This document shows, in pieces, positions 27,610-37,233 of a stretch of DNA of 64,000 nt (within the stretch, counting starts at the first letter, position 1; the number at the start of each line of letters is the position of its first letter). The position numbers and the translations under genes were made by a program. The DNA lies in contig JAJDDJ010000002.1 in assembly GCA_029260395.1 (NCBI GenBank), forward strand, positions 145,155 through 209,154, in the 5' to 3' direction. Below the pieces are notes generated by a model. It was not told the origin of the DNA and ran no database searches. It saw nothing but the letters and a program-made list of their open reading frames with translations. This DNA is from Phycisphaerales bacterium. Its GTDB lineage: Bacteria > Planctomycetota > Phycisphaerae > Phycisphaerales > UBA1924.

Positions 27610-28204
27610 GCACGAGGCCGCCGCTGAAGGCGAGAAGCGCGAAGGCACCGGGCGCTGGGACCTGCCGAGCGAAGAAGCCATCGAAACCGACGCCGTCGGT
27701 GTCGTCGGACCATTCGAGCGTGACGAAGCCGAAGACCTCGCCGGGGCCAGCCTGGTACGAGAAGAAGTTGTTCTCGTTGGGGTTGGAGTCGCTGAGGACG
27801 AAGCTGCCGACGTTGCCAAAGTTGAGGGTGATGTCGGACCATTCGAGGTCGGAGTAGTAGAAGCCGAACTCGGTGAGGCGTTCATCGCCGAAGTCGATGC
27901 GGACGTGGTCGGCGCGGAGCTTCCAGAAGTTGCTGCCATCGAGGCCGACGGCGCCGAAGCCATCGCCGCCGCTGAACACCTGGTTCGAGAGAGGCGATCG
28001 GCCAGCGAACGAAACCGTCGCGGGCAGACCGCCAAAGTCGAGGTTTTGCACGGTCGAACCGGCTTGCGCGGCGTCAAAGCCGAAGCTCTGCGTGCCGACG
28101 AAGTTGTAGCCGGTGTCGTCCTGCTGGATGATGTCGGCGTTGGCGAAGCTGGCGGAGGCGCCAGCGATGAGGGCAGCAGCGGTGAAGGTGGTTTTGCGGT
28201 GCAT
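27590..28204 (-). CDS. PEP-CTERM sorting-domain protein (secreted, unknown function)
   Basis: Signal peptide, then a C-terminal VPAPGAFALLAFSGGLVLTRRRR (PEP-like motif + TM + Arg cluster). Confidence 0.8.
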   Translation of the reverse strand: MHRKTTFTAAALIAGASASFANADIIQQDDTGYNFVGTQSFGFDAAQAGSTVQNLDFGGLPATVSFAGRSPLSNQVFSGGDGFGAVGLDGSNFWKLRADHVRIDFGDERLTEFGFYYSDLEWSDITLNFGNVGSFVLSDSNPNENNFFSYQAGPGEVFGFVTLEWSDDTDGVGFDGFFARQVPAPGAFALLAFSGGLVLTRRRR

Positions 28205-28399
28205 CAGTCGGCTCCGGTGCGAGTGGTGAGGCGGCGCGGCTGCACCCAGCAGCCTTAATGCGACACAAGAGGTTGTTCCCCGCGGTAAGCGTCCAAAGCG
28301 ATGCCGAGCCGTGCGAACAGGCTTGGCCGATTCGGTTCCCGCTTGATTGGCTTGGGCGGACGTGGAGTCCGAGAACCGCCCGGAGGTTGCTGCGTTGGC

Positions 28400-29635
28400 C
28401 TACTTGAGCGAGCCGAGGAACTCGCCGAACCGGGCCATGCCTTGGCGGATCTGGTCTTCGCTGCACGCGAAGCTGATGCGGACGCAGTCCTCGCCGCAGC
28501 CGCCGAAATCTTCGCCGGGCACAAAGGCAACGTGGGCCTGTTCCAGCAGGGCGTTGCAGAGGTCGAGCGAGGAGCCGATGGTCTTGCCGTCGGGGGTGGC
28601 CCTGCCGAAGTAATCGCTCACGTCCGGGAACGCGTAGAACGCGCCGGTGGGCTTGGGGCAGACGAGGCCCGGAATCTTGGCGAGTTCCTCGGTGATAACG
28701 ACGGCTCGCTTGGCAAACGCCTGTCGCATCGTCTCGACCTCGGCGGCGCACTCGGTCAGCGCGGTGCGGATGGCCGGGTAGACGAACGAGGTGATGTTGG
28801 TGGTCATCTGCCCCTGGAGCGTGCCCATGGCTTTGATGAGCTTGGCGCCCTCGCTGCCGGGCATGGCGGCGTAACCCACTCGCCATCCGGTCATGCTAAA
28901 GGCCTTGCTCAGCCCGTTGACGGTGAGCGTGCGCTCCGCGACCTCCGGCAGCGAGCCTATGGACAGGTGCTCGTGGTCTCCGAAGATGATCTTCTCGTAG
29001 ATCTCGTCGGTGAGGATGGTCAGGCCCGGCGCGCGGTCGCTCGCGGCGTTCGCGATGGCAGCGGCGACGGCGCGGAGTTCGTCTGGCGAGTACATGGTGC
29101 CACAGGGGTTGGACGGGGTGTTGAGAATGACCATCTTGGTCTTGGGCGTGATGGCGGCGTCGAACTGCTCGGGCGTGGCCTTGAAGTCGCTGGCCGCGTC
29201 GGTCGGGATCTCGACGACCGACGCCCCGGCTAGCTCGGCGATGGGCCGGTAGCTGACCCAAGCCGGCACCGGGAACACGACCTCATCGCCCGGCTCGAGC
29301 AGGCACTGGCAGGCGACGTAGAGGACATGCTTGCCGCCGGCGGCTATGGCTACATGGTCGCCCGTAAGGCCCTGGATGCGGTTCTCATTCGTGAGCTTGT
29401 CAGCGATGGTCTGGCGGGTCAGCGGGTCGCCTAGCGTCGGCATGTACTTGGTCTGGCCGGCTCTGAGGGCCGTGATCGCGGATTCCTTGATGCGGTCGGG
29501 GGTGTCGAAATCCGGCTCGCCGAGGCTGAAGCTGAGCACATCGATCCCGGCCTGCTTCATGGCCTTGGCCCGGTTGCCAAAGGCGATGGTGACCGAGGGC
29601 TGGAGCTGAGCGACACGCTTGGCGAGGGTGGGCAT
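28400..29635 (-). CDS. PLP-dependent aminotransferase, class I (aspartate aminotransferase-like)
   Basis: GEPDFDTP, NTPSNPCG and the Lys motif NGLSKAFSMTGWRVGY. Start ATG 29635 (MPTLAKRV...). Confidence 0.9.
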   Translation of the reverse strand: MPTLAKRVAQLQPSVTIAFGNRAKAMKQAGIDVLSFSLGEPDFDTPDRIKESAITALRAGQTKYMPTLGDPLTRQTIADKLTNENRIQGLTGDHVAIAAGGKHVLYVACQCLLEPGDEVVFPVPAWVSYRPIAELAGASVVEIPTDAASDFKATPEQFDAAITPKTKMVILNTPSNPCGTMYSPDELRAVAAAIANAASDRAPGLTILTDEIYEKIIFGDHEHLSIGSLPEVAERTLTVNGLSKAFSMTGWRVGYAAMPGSEGAKLIKAMGTLQGQMTTNITSFVYPAIRTALTECAAEVETMRQAFAKRAVVITEELAKIPGLVCPKPTGAFYAFPDVSDYFGRATPDGKTIGSSLDLCNALLEQAHVAFVPGEDFGGCGEDCVRISFACSEDQIRQGMARFGEFLGSLK

Positions 29636-29712
29636 GAGGGGACGATACCGCCCACGGACGGACTGCGGCCAGCCGAGGCCAGCCAAACGGGGTTTGGTGG
29701 GGGGAGCTCGCT

Positions 29713-29740
29713 TTGATCGTCTCAGGTGGAGGCCTATTAT
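29713..29740 (+). promoter_or_regulatory. candidate sigma-70-type promoter of rpsO (TTGATC-N16-TATTAT)
   Basis: Two AT-rich hexamers with 16-nt spacing, about 95 nt upstream of the rpsO ATG in an otherwise GC-rich spacer. Pattern match only. Confidence 0.35.
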
Positions 29741-29834
29741 CTGCGGACGAGGCTCCGCCTCTGAGATGGCGGCGTCGAGCCTGACCCGGATTTACGGGTC
29801 GAAACCAAGCCCATAAGCGAAGGACCGAACACGC

Positions 29835-30101
29835 ATGATCGCGGCTGAAGCAAAGCAGAAGGTGATTTCCGACAGCGCACGCCACGACGGCGACAGCGGG
29901 TCGCCCGAGGTGCAGATCTCGATTCTCACGGCTCGCATCCGCGAACTGAGCGAGCATCTGAAAGTGCACCGCAAGGACTTCCACAGCCGGCGCGGTCTGA
30001 TCCTGATGGTCAGCAAGCGCAACAAGCTGCTGCGATACATCGCGAGGACCGATCGGCCCCGCTATCTGGAAACGCTCCAGAAGCTCGGCCTGCGTAAGTA
30101 A
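29835..30101 (+). CDS. rpsO: 30S ribosomal protein S15
   Basis: 88 aa. [48 protein letters not shown] is canonical S15. Confidence 0.95.
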   Translation: MIAAEAKQKVISDSARHDGDSGSPEVQISILTARIRELSEHLKVHRKDFHSRRGLILMVSKRNKLLRYIARTDRPRYLETLQKLGLRK

Positions 30102-30112
30102 ACGAACCATCG

Positions 30113-30147
30113 CCCGCTGGCCGAAACGCCGGCGGGTTGTTTTTTGT
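30113..30147 (+). terminator. intrinsic terminator/attenuator between rpsO and pnp
   Basis: CCCGCTGGC-cgaaac-GCCGGCGGG (9-bp stem with one G.T) followed by TTGTTTTTTGT. Confidence 0.7.
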
Positions 30148-30328
30148 ACGAACCAACCAGGCCCCCCGAGTCGAAGCGACGGTGGGCGACGCGCAGCACA
30201 ATCTGCTGCACGACGCCTTCTGCCTCTCGGCGCTGCGGCGGGGGCCCGGCGGTCCAACTGATGATTCGGCATCGTCCGCTGTGGGCGCTCGGCCGGGTCG
30301 CGACCGTCGAGCACTGAGAAAGCAGACC

Positions 30329-32530
30329 ATGACACAACCCGTGAAAGCTCCCATCGTGATCGAACGTGAGTTCGGCGGCCGCACGCTGCGCATCGAGACG
30401 GGGCTTGTCGCCCGTCAGGCCGATGCCGCGGTGCTCATTACCCTCGGCGGCACGACCGTGCTCGCGACGGTGGTGCGTGCCGACCCGCGTGAGGGCCTCG
30501 ACTTCTTCCCACTGACGGTCGACTACCGCGAGCGGACCTCGGCTGCGGGCAAGTTCCCCGGCGGCTTCCGCAAGCGTGAGGGCGCTCCCAACGAGAAAGA
30601 AATCCTGACGATGCGGATGATCGATCGCCCGATCAGGCCGCTGTTCCCCGATGGGTTCATCGACGAGATTCAGATCCAGTGCTGGGTGATGAGCCACGAC
30701 ACCGAAAACGACGGCGATGTGCTGGCGTGTACCGGTGCTGCGGCCGCGCTGGCGCTGACCGATGCGCCGTTCGAGGGCCCGCTGGCCACCGTTCGCGTCG
30801 CGCGGATTCATACCGACGACGGCATCGCGCACGTCGTCAACCCGACCATCAGCCAGCTCGAATACTCCGATATCGATCTGGTGCTCTCGGGCCACCGTGA
30901 CGGCGTGAACATGATCGAAGTCGGCGCGGCCGAGGTTCCCGAGAAGGAAGTCCTCGACTGCATCAAGTACGGTCAGGAGCAGATCGCGATCATCCTGGAC
31001 ATGATCGAAGAGCTCGCCTCCAAGGCCGGCAAAGAGAAGCGTTTGGGCAACCTCGCGCTGCCTTCCGATGAGATCATGGCCAAGGTCAAAGAGGTCGCCG
31101 ACGCGAAGCTCACCGAGGCACGCCAGATCCCCGGCAAGCAGGAACGCAACGACCGCGTGGGCCAGCTCCGCAACGAGATTCTCGATGCCCACTTCCCGGT
31201 CAACGAGGACGGCAACTACGGCGAGTACAAGCGCAGCGCCAAGGCCCGCGCCGATGCCAAGGAAGCCTTCCGCACGCTTGAGAAGAAGGTCACCCGCAGG
31301 CTCATCAGCGAGCAGCAGATCCGTGCCGACGGCCGGGCCCCGACGCAGATCCGCGAGTTGCTCATGGGCGTGAGCCAGTTCGAGCGCACGCACGGCTCGT
31401 CGTTCTTCCAACGGGGCGAGACGCAGAGCCTCGTGACCTGCACGCTGGGCACCGCCCGCGACGAGCAGATCGTCGATGGCCTGATGCCCGAGTACAGCAA
31501 GAAGTTTGTGCTGCACTACAACTTCCCGCCCTTCTCGGTCGGTGAGGCCAAGCGCATCATGGGCCCGGGCCGGCGCGAGATCGGCCACGGCGCGCTCGCC
31601 GAGCGGTCGCTCTTGGCGATCCTGCCCGACCCTTCCGACTTCCCTTACACCATCCGCCTGGTCAGCGACATCACCGAATCCAACGGCAGCTCGTCGATGG
31701 CCTCGGTGTGCGGCGGCTGTTTGGCGCTCATGGACGCGGGTGTTCCGATCCACGCGACGTGCGCCGGTATCAGCGTCGGCTGGTTCAAGAACGAAGCGGG
31801 CGACAAGGAGCTGTTCGTCACCGACATCATCGGTGAGGAGGACTTCTTCGGCGACATGGACTTCAAGGTCTGCGGCACGCGCGAGGGCATCACGGGCATC
31901 CAGCTCGACCTCAAGGCTCGCGGCCTGAATGCCGACCAGATCGAAGTCATCTTTGAGCAAGCCCGAATCGGCCGGCTCGACATCATCGACCAGATGGAAG
32001 CGGTCATTCCCGCGCCGCGTACCGAGATGTCGGTGTACGCGCCTCGCATGATCTCGCTGCAAATCAACCCGGAGAAGATCGGCCGGCTCATCGGGCCCGG
32101 CGGCAAGATCATCCGCGCGCTGCAGGACAAGTGGGGCGTCAACATCGACGTCGAAGACGACGGCACCGTGCTCGTCTCGGCCACCAGCGGCGAGGTCATC
32201 GAGCAGGCCCGCGCCGAGATCGAGGCCATCACCGAAGAGATTAAGGTTGGCACGGTCTACAACGGCAAGGTTGTCTCGACCAAGGACTTTGGTGCGTTCG
32301 TCGAGCTGGCGCCCGGCACCGACGGCATGTGCCACATCTCCGAGCTCGCCGATGGATTCGTCAAGTCGGTCAGCGACGTGGTCAAGGTCGGCGACGAGGT
32401 GAAGGTCAAGGTCATCATGGTGGACGACCAGGGCCGCATCAAGCTGAGCCGGAAGCAGGCCATGTCGCCAGAAGAGCGTGAAGCCAACCGGGAGGCACAG
32501 GGCTCGCAGGAGCCCGCTGAGACCACCTAA
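30329..32530 (+). CDS. pnp: polyribonucleotide nucleotidyltransferase (PNPase)
   Basis: Two RNase PH domains, KH, and S1 (GTVYNGKVVSTKDFGAFVELAPGTDGMCHISEL). Start ATG 30329 (MTQPVKAPIVIEREFGGRTL). Confidence 0.95.
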   Translation: MTQPVKAPIVIEREFGGRTLRIETGLVARQADAAVLITLGGTTVLATVVRADPREGLDFFPLTVDYRERTSAAGKFPGGFRKREGAPNEKEILTMRMIDRPIRPLFPDGFIDEIQIQCWVMSHDTENDGDVLACTGAAAALALTDAPFEGPLATVRVARIHTDDGIAHVVNPTISQLEYSDIDLVLSGHRDGVNMIEVGAAEVPEKEVLDCIKYGQEQIAIILDMIEELASKAGKEKRLGNLALPSDEIMAKVKEVADAKLTEARQIPGKQERNDRVGQLRNEILDAHFPVNEDGNYGEYKRSAKARADAKEAFRTLEKKVTRRLISEQQIRADGRAPTQIRELLMGVSQFERTHGSSFFQRGETQSLVTCTLGTARDEQIVDGLMPEYSKKFVLHYNFPPFSVGEAKRIMGPGRREIGHGALAERSLLAILPDPSDFPYTIRLVSDITESNGSSSMASVCGGCLALMDAGVPIHATCAGISVGWFKNEAGDKELFVTDIIGEEDFFGDMDFKVCGTREGITGIQLDLKARGLNADQIEVIFEQARIGRLDIIDQMEAVIPAPRTEMSVYAPRMISLQINPEKIGRLIGPGGKIIRALQDKWGVNIDVEDDGTVLVSATSGEVIEQARAEIEAITEEIKVGTVYNGKVVSTKDFGAFVELAPGTDGMCHISELADGFVKSVSDVVKVGDEVKVKVIMVDDQGRIKLSRKQAMSPEEREANREAQGSQEPAETT

Positions 32531-32583
32531 AGGGCTCTGCGGCAAGAACTTGACACCGCCCGGCTACCCGGGCGTGGCGGGAG

Positions 32584-32607
32584 AGCCAAGGGCAACCTTG
32601 GCTTTTT
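32584..32607 (+). terminator. intrinsic terminator after pnp
   Basis: AGCCAAGG-GCAA-CCTTGGCT (8-bp stem, GNRA loop) followed by TTTTC. Confidence 0.7.
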
Positions 32608-32688
32608 CGCTACGTTCGGGTATCGTGCGTGCTGGTCCGGAGCGTTCTGTTCTTGGATAGGTGCGGATTCGTGGAAGGTCGGTGCCCT

Positions 32689-32982
32689 ATGCCTGAGGCG
32701 CGTGACGACACGGTGCTCGGAAAACTCGATGCGGTGGTCGGTGAGGTCAAATGGTTCGACCCGCGCAAGGGGTTCGGCTTTATTGTTGGCCCAGAGGGTC
32801 AGGACATCTTCGCGCACTACTCGGTCATCCAGGGCGATGGCTTCCGCGTGCTGCACGATTCCACGCGGGTCGAGTACGACGCGGTAGAAACGCCCAAGGG
32901 CTGGAAAGCGACGCGGGTGGTTCGCGAGGATCCCGAGATCGTCGTCAAGACCGACCACACGCGAAGCCCGAGGCGGACGTGA
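32689..32982 (+). CDS. cold-shock domain protein (CspA family core with N- and C-terminal extensions)
   Basis: GEVKWFDPRKGFGFIVGPEGQDIFAHYSVIQGDGFRVL carries the RNP-1/RNP-2 motifs. ATG 32689. Confidence 0.85.
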   Translation: MPEARDDTVLGKLDAVVGEVKWFDPRKGFGFIVGPEGQDIFAHYSVIQGDGFRVLHDSTRVEYDAVETPKGWKATRVVREDPEIVVKTDHTRSPRRT

Positions 32983-32989
32983 CGGTCGC

Positions 32990-33898
32990 ATGATCGGATT
33001 CGTTTCGATTGATTCGTTTCTGGTGACGGCCTTGGTTGTGGCGATCGCCGTTGGCGCGGTCGCCTTGGGTATCGGCGCGGGGCTGTGGCTTGGACGAGCG
33101 CGAAGGGCCGAGGTCGAGGGACGGATCGAGCGAGAGCTAGCGGCGAGGCTCGCCAGTGAGCATGCGCGGAGTGGAACCGACGAGCGGCTGCGCGAGATCG
33201 CGCAGATGACCGGCGGGCTCGCGCACGAGATCAAGAACCCTCTGTCGACGATCGGGCTCAACACCCGTTTGCTATCCGAGATGATCGACGATCTTGATTT
33301 GCCCACCGACGAGGCCAGCCGGCTGGGCAGGCGCGCCGATGCGCTGAGCCGAGAGGTGGAGCGGCTTGAAGGCATCCTGACGGACTTTCTTGAATACGCC
33401 GGCGAGCTCCGGTTGGACGTGCAGGAGACTGACCTCAACACGCTTGTGCGCGACGTGACGGATTTCTTCTCGCCTCAAGCCGAGCAGCGGGGCATCCGGC
33501 TGCGGGTGCAGTTTGTGGAAACGGAACTGCTCGCACGTGTCGATCCCGGCCAGCTCAAGCAGGCTGTCCTCAACCTGATGCTCAACGCGGTGCAGGCGAT
33601 GGAGGCCGAGCCTCAGATCGACCGCGCCAACGGAGGGGGCGAGCTGATCGTGCGAACAGCGGGCGGGGATGGGACGGCGGTGATCCACGTAACCGACACC
33701 GGGCCGGGGATGGACGCAAAGACGCTCTCACGGGTGTTTGAACCCTACTTCACGACCAAGGCCGGGGGCTCGGGGCTCGGGCTCCCGATCACGCGCAAGC
33801 TGATCGAGGCCATGGGCGGACGGTTCGAGCTGCACTCTGAACCCGGCTTAGGGACCGATGCGACTCTCGCTTTCGCGAGCGCATCACCCACTTCGTAA
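32990..33898 (+). CDS. sensor histidine kinase (TM + HisKA + HATPase_c)
   Basis: H-box GGLAHEIKNPLS, N-box LNLMLNAVQAM, and G-boxes DTGPGM / GGSGLGL. Confidence 0.85.
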   Translation: MIGFVSIDSFLVTALVVAIAVGAVALGIGAGLWLGRARRAEVEGRIERELAARLASEHARSGTDERLREIAQMTGGLAHEIKNPLSTIGLNTRLLSEMIDDLDLPTDEASRLGRRADALSREVERLEGILTDFLEYAGELRLDVQETDLNTLVRDVTDFFSPQAEQRGIRLRVQFVETELLARVDPGQLKQAVLNLMLNAVQAMEAEPQIDRANGGGELIVRTAGGDGTAVIHVTDTGPGMDAKTLSRVFEPYFTTKAGGSGLGLPITRKLIEAMGGRFELHSEPGLGTDATLAFASASPTS

Positions 33899-33921
33899 GC
33901 CGCGGCGATCGGGGAGAGCAC

Positions 33922-34848
33922 TTACTCCTTGCCGAGGTTGGTATCGATGTCGCCGTAGCCCGTGCTGATGGTCCATGCGGGTGCGCTCGGATCGCCTGAG
34001 ATGGTGGCGCTGCGCTTCTTGTTAGTAGTGGGGCGGCCAGACGTGAGCCCTTGCCGGCTGAGATCGATGTCGCCGTACCCGGTCTTGATGACGACCTCGC
34101 CCGCGGTCATGGTCGGGGAGCGCAGGTCGATATCTCCATAGCCGGTACTGATCGTGAGCCCGCCAGTGAAGTCGTCGGCGAGCGAGAGATCGAGATCGCC
34201 GTACCCGCTGGTGAGGTTGATCGGGCCCGCTGCGCGTGCGATGCCGACATCGCCGTAGCCGGTGTTGATGTCGGTCGCTCCGTGTGTGTCCGCGATGTTC
34301 ACGTCGCCGTACCCGGTCTTAATCTGCGCTGATTCGTGGGGGAGCGAAATGTCCACATCGCCGTAGCCAGTCCTGAGGGCAACGGCTCCGAGCTCGTAAG
34401 GCGTGCGAATGGCAAAGTAGACCGCGTCCTTGGATTTGCCAACCTGGGCAGGCCACTGCGGGTCGAGCGTGAGCGTGCCACCAACGAGCGTCGGCGTAAA
34501 GGTGACCTGTTCGAGGCGTTCGGCGTGCGAGGAGCGGAACCACGCGACCACGACCGTTTCGCCTTCGGTGGCAGCGATCGTTCCCGTACCCCCATCATTC
34601 TGTGTCCACGCCGGCAGCGGGGCATCCCGGCCTGCAATATCGACATCGCCATAGGTGGAGGAGAGATTGATCGCGGTGCCCGGCGGAACCGTGATGACGT
34701 ACGCTTTCATCTCGCCGACGGTGAAGGTCTCGTAGCTGAAGCAGCCAGCTATGCCGAGCGTGCCAGCGAGTGCGAGCGTCAGCAGGGCGGGACGGGCAAA
34801 CCGGATGAACGGGCGAGCGAGCGAGTAAGTGGGGGCGTGGGTGGTCAT
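33922..34848 (-). CDS. DUF4097-like beta-helical lipoprotein (putative adhesin)
   Basis: Lipobox LAGTLGIAGC. About 10 reiterations of the TGYGDVDI/TGYGDIDL motif. Confidence 0.75.
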   Translation of the reverse strand: MTTHAPTYSLARPFIRFARPALLTLALAGTLGIAGCFSYETFTVGEMKAYVITVPPGTAINLSSTYGDVDIAGRDAPLPAWTQNDGGTGTIAATEGETVVVAWFRSSHAERLEQVTFTPTLVGGTLTLDPQWPAQVGKSKDAVYFAIRTPYELGAVALRTGYGDVDISLPHESAQIKTGYGDVNIADTHGATDINTGYGDVGIARAAGPINLTSGYGDLDLSLADDFTGGLTISTGYGDIDLRSPTMTAGEVVIKTGYGDIDLSRQGLTSGRPTTNKKRSATISGDPSAPAWTISTGYGDIDTNLGKE

Positions 34849-34983
34849 GGTGGTCTCTGGCCTGGGGTGCGCGAGAGCGCCCGGGGGCGCGTTGCCCGTG
34901 AGCTGCTATGAGCGTATTAGGAGGCGGCGTGTGCTGCTTTCAGGGGCGAAGCAGGGCTAGAGGACGAGCCGGGTGTCGGTCAG

Positions 34984-35790
34984 CTACTTCGCGGGTTCGA
35001 GCAGGGTGCGAACATCCCAGAGCTCGGGGAAGAACCGGCGGTCCACGATGCTGCGGAGGTAGTCGACCCCGGCTGTGCCGCCCGTGCCGCGCTTGAACCC
35101 GATGACTCGCTCGACCACTTTGACGTGCCTGAACCGCCAAAGCGCCCATTGCTCGTCGATGTCGACGAGCTTCTCACACATCTCGTAGAGCTCCCAGTGC
35201 TCGCCGGTACCCTCGTAGATCGTCTTGAAGACCGGCATCAAAGACTCGTTGGGCTCGTAGGCCTGCGTGACATCGCGCTCGAGCACTTCCTTGGGCACGG
35301 GCATGCCCCGGCGTGCGAGCAGGCGAAGGAACTCGTCGTAGAGGCTGGGGCTCTTGATGGCCTCGTCGAGCACGGCGTAGGCATCCGGCTGCTCCTTCTG
35401 GTACGAGAGCGCCGCGGGGCTCTTGAGCCCGAGGATGCATTCGACCAGACGGAACTGGCTGCTTTGGAACCCGCTGGCAGAACCGAGAACATGGCGGAAC
35501 TGCAGGTATTCGGGGGGCGTGAGCGTGGCGAGCACGCTCCACTGGTTCAAAATCTGCGCGGTGATGTGCTTGACGCGCGACAGGATTTTGAAGCACGGCC
35601 CGAGTTGATCGGTCTTGACCAACTCGACAGCGGCCCGCAGCTCGTGAAGCATCAGCTTGAACCACAGCTCGGTAGTCTGATGCTGGATGATGAACAGCAA
35701 CTCGTCGTGGTGCTCGGGCTGGGAGCGCGGATGTTGGGCTGCGAGCAGCGTGTCGAGGTCGAGATAGTCGGCGTAGTGACTGGTGGCCAT
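34984..35790 (-). CDS. kynA: tryptophan 2,3-dioxygenase
   Basis: [18 protein letters not shown]...[24 protein letters not shown] and [11 protein letters not shown] match bacterial TDO. ATG 35790. Confidence 0.85.
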   Translation of the reverse strand: MATSHYADYLDLDTLLAAQHPRSQPEHHDELLFIIQHQTTELWFKLMLHELRAAVELVKTDQLGPCFKILSRVKHITAQILNQWSVLATLTPPEYLQFRHVLGSASGFQSSQFRLVECILGLKSPAALSYQKEQPDAYAVLDEAIKSPSLYDEFLRLLARRGMPVPKEVLERDVTQAYEPNESLMPVFKTIYEGTGEHWELYEMCEKLVDIDEQWALWRFRHVKVVERVIGFKRGTGGTAGVDYLRSIVDRRFFPELWDVRTLLEPAK

Positions 35791-35861
35791 GGTCCGCTTC
35801 CTTGGGTGAGGGAATCGGAACAAGCCTAGCCGGGCGAGGTGGGTTGCAGAGCCGAGCGGTG

Positions 35862-36050
35862 TCAGTCGGTGGGCGCCGCGGCGAACGTGCTCGGGCTCGC
35901 GCTGGGCTGCACGAAGAAGCCGCGGAGTGTGTAGTAGTCCGATCGGGCCGACGTGCCGCTGCACCCGGTGAGCAGGGCCGCGCCGCCGGTGACGCAGAGC
36001 ACCAGGATGATTCTTGGAGCGAGACGGTTTTCGACGACGGTACGAAGCAT
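35862..36050 (-). CDS. possible small lipoprotein (62 aa)
   Basis: [30 protein letters not shown] lipobox, with GGGAG before ATG 36050. Short and uncorroborated. Confidence 0.3.
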   Translation of the reverse strand: MLRTVVENRLAPRIILVLCVTGGAALLTGCSGTSARSDYYTLRGFFVQPSASPSTFAAAPTD

Positions 36051-36321
36051 CGGGGAAGCTCCCTCGGCTCTTGCCGCGGAGTAATTCGTCCTATCGCTGG
36101 CGGATCCTTGAGCCCAAGCGAGCGAATTCCCCGTTCTCCGGACCCAGCCGGCCAGCCTTGCGGGTTGCACGGGCATTATCTGCCGTGAATCACGCCGAAC
36201 TTGCCGATCGTTCGCGGGCTGAGGTCTTGGCCGATACTGGTTCGAAGGGGTATTGACGGCCCGCCCAGCCGCCGTACGATCGTCTACCGCTGGCCGCACT
36301 GAGGCCGCGCTAGGAGTAACG

Positions 36322-37203
36322 ATGTTCAAGCTCGCGTTCAGCACCGTGGCCTGCCCCGACCGGACCCTCGAAGAAGCCTTCGAGCTCGCGGTCGAATGCG
36401 GCTACGACGGAATCGAGCTACGAACGTTCGGCACCAACGACCCGACGCTGTTGTGCGAGCCCTCGCTGACGGGCTCTGAGAAGATTCGCAGACTCGCGGT
36501 GACCCGAGGTGTCGAGCTCGCGTGCTTGTCGACATCGTGCACGTTTGATGCGCCGATCTGGCCGCCCGTGCTTGGCCGGGCGCTGCCGACCTTCGCGCAC
36601 CGTTCGCGGTCGGTGCAGCGTGTCATCGATGCAGCCGACGACATTGAATGCGAACTGGTTCGCGTGTTTGGCTTTGAGGTACCCAAGGGCGAACGCCGCC
36701 AGCAGACCATAAAGCGGATCGCGGGCGCCCTGCTGCCCGTGCTCGATTCGGCGCGCGCGAGGCGAGTCAACGTCGGCATGGAGAACGGCGGCTCATTCCA
36801 GAAGGCTTCTGAACTACTCGAGATCTTCGAGGCGTGCGAGCAGCATCCGAACCTGCGCGCAGTCTACGACGTTTCGGTCGGTGCGAGCGCGGGCGAATCG
36901 CTCGGCGAAGCGCTGGCCCTGCTTGGACAAAACCTTGCGATGGTGCGGGCTCGCTCGCTCGATGACCACGGCATGCCCAAACCGATCAGCCCGGCGCAGG
37001 TCCGCACGGTTGTTCCCGAGCTGGTTGAAGCTTGTTTCGAGGGCTGGCTGAGCGTGGACTGGCCCATCGCATGGCTGCCCGAACTCGCGGAGCGCCACGG
37101 CGCGACGCCCGCGGTGCTTTCCAATGCGGCCGACGCGATCCGCAGCGCGATGCCCAAGGCCACCACGCTCGTGAAAGACCCGCGCGTGGCGATCGGCGTT
37201 TGA
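36322..37203 (+). CDS. sugar phosphate isomerase/epimerase (xylose isomerase-like TIM barrel)
   Basis: MFKLAFSTVACPDRTLEEAFELAVECGYDGIELR is a typical N-terminus of this family. AGGAG lies before ATG 36322. Confidence 0.7.
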   Translation: MFKLAFSTVACPDRTLEEAFELAVECGYDGIELRTFGTNDPTLLCEPSLTGSEKIRRLAVTRGVELACLSTSCTFDAPIWPPVLGRALPTFAHRSRSVQRVIDAADDIECELVRVFGFEVPKGERRQQTIKRIAGALLPVLDSARARRVNVGMENGGSFQKASELLEIFEACEQHPNLRAVYDVSVGASAGESLGEALALLGQNLAMVRARSLDDHGMPKPISPAQVRTVVPELVEACFEGWLSVDWPIAWLPELAERHGATPAVLSNAADAIRSAMPKATTLVKDPRVAIGV

Positions 37204-37233
37204 ACCTCAACAGCTGAACTCGGGAGCAACCCG

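Noticed and set aside
30062-32545. 827-aa minus-strand ORF
   Set aside because: Antisense to pnp, whose plus-strand product is unmistakable PNPase.
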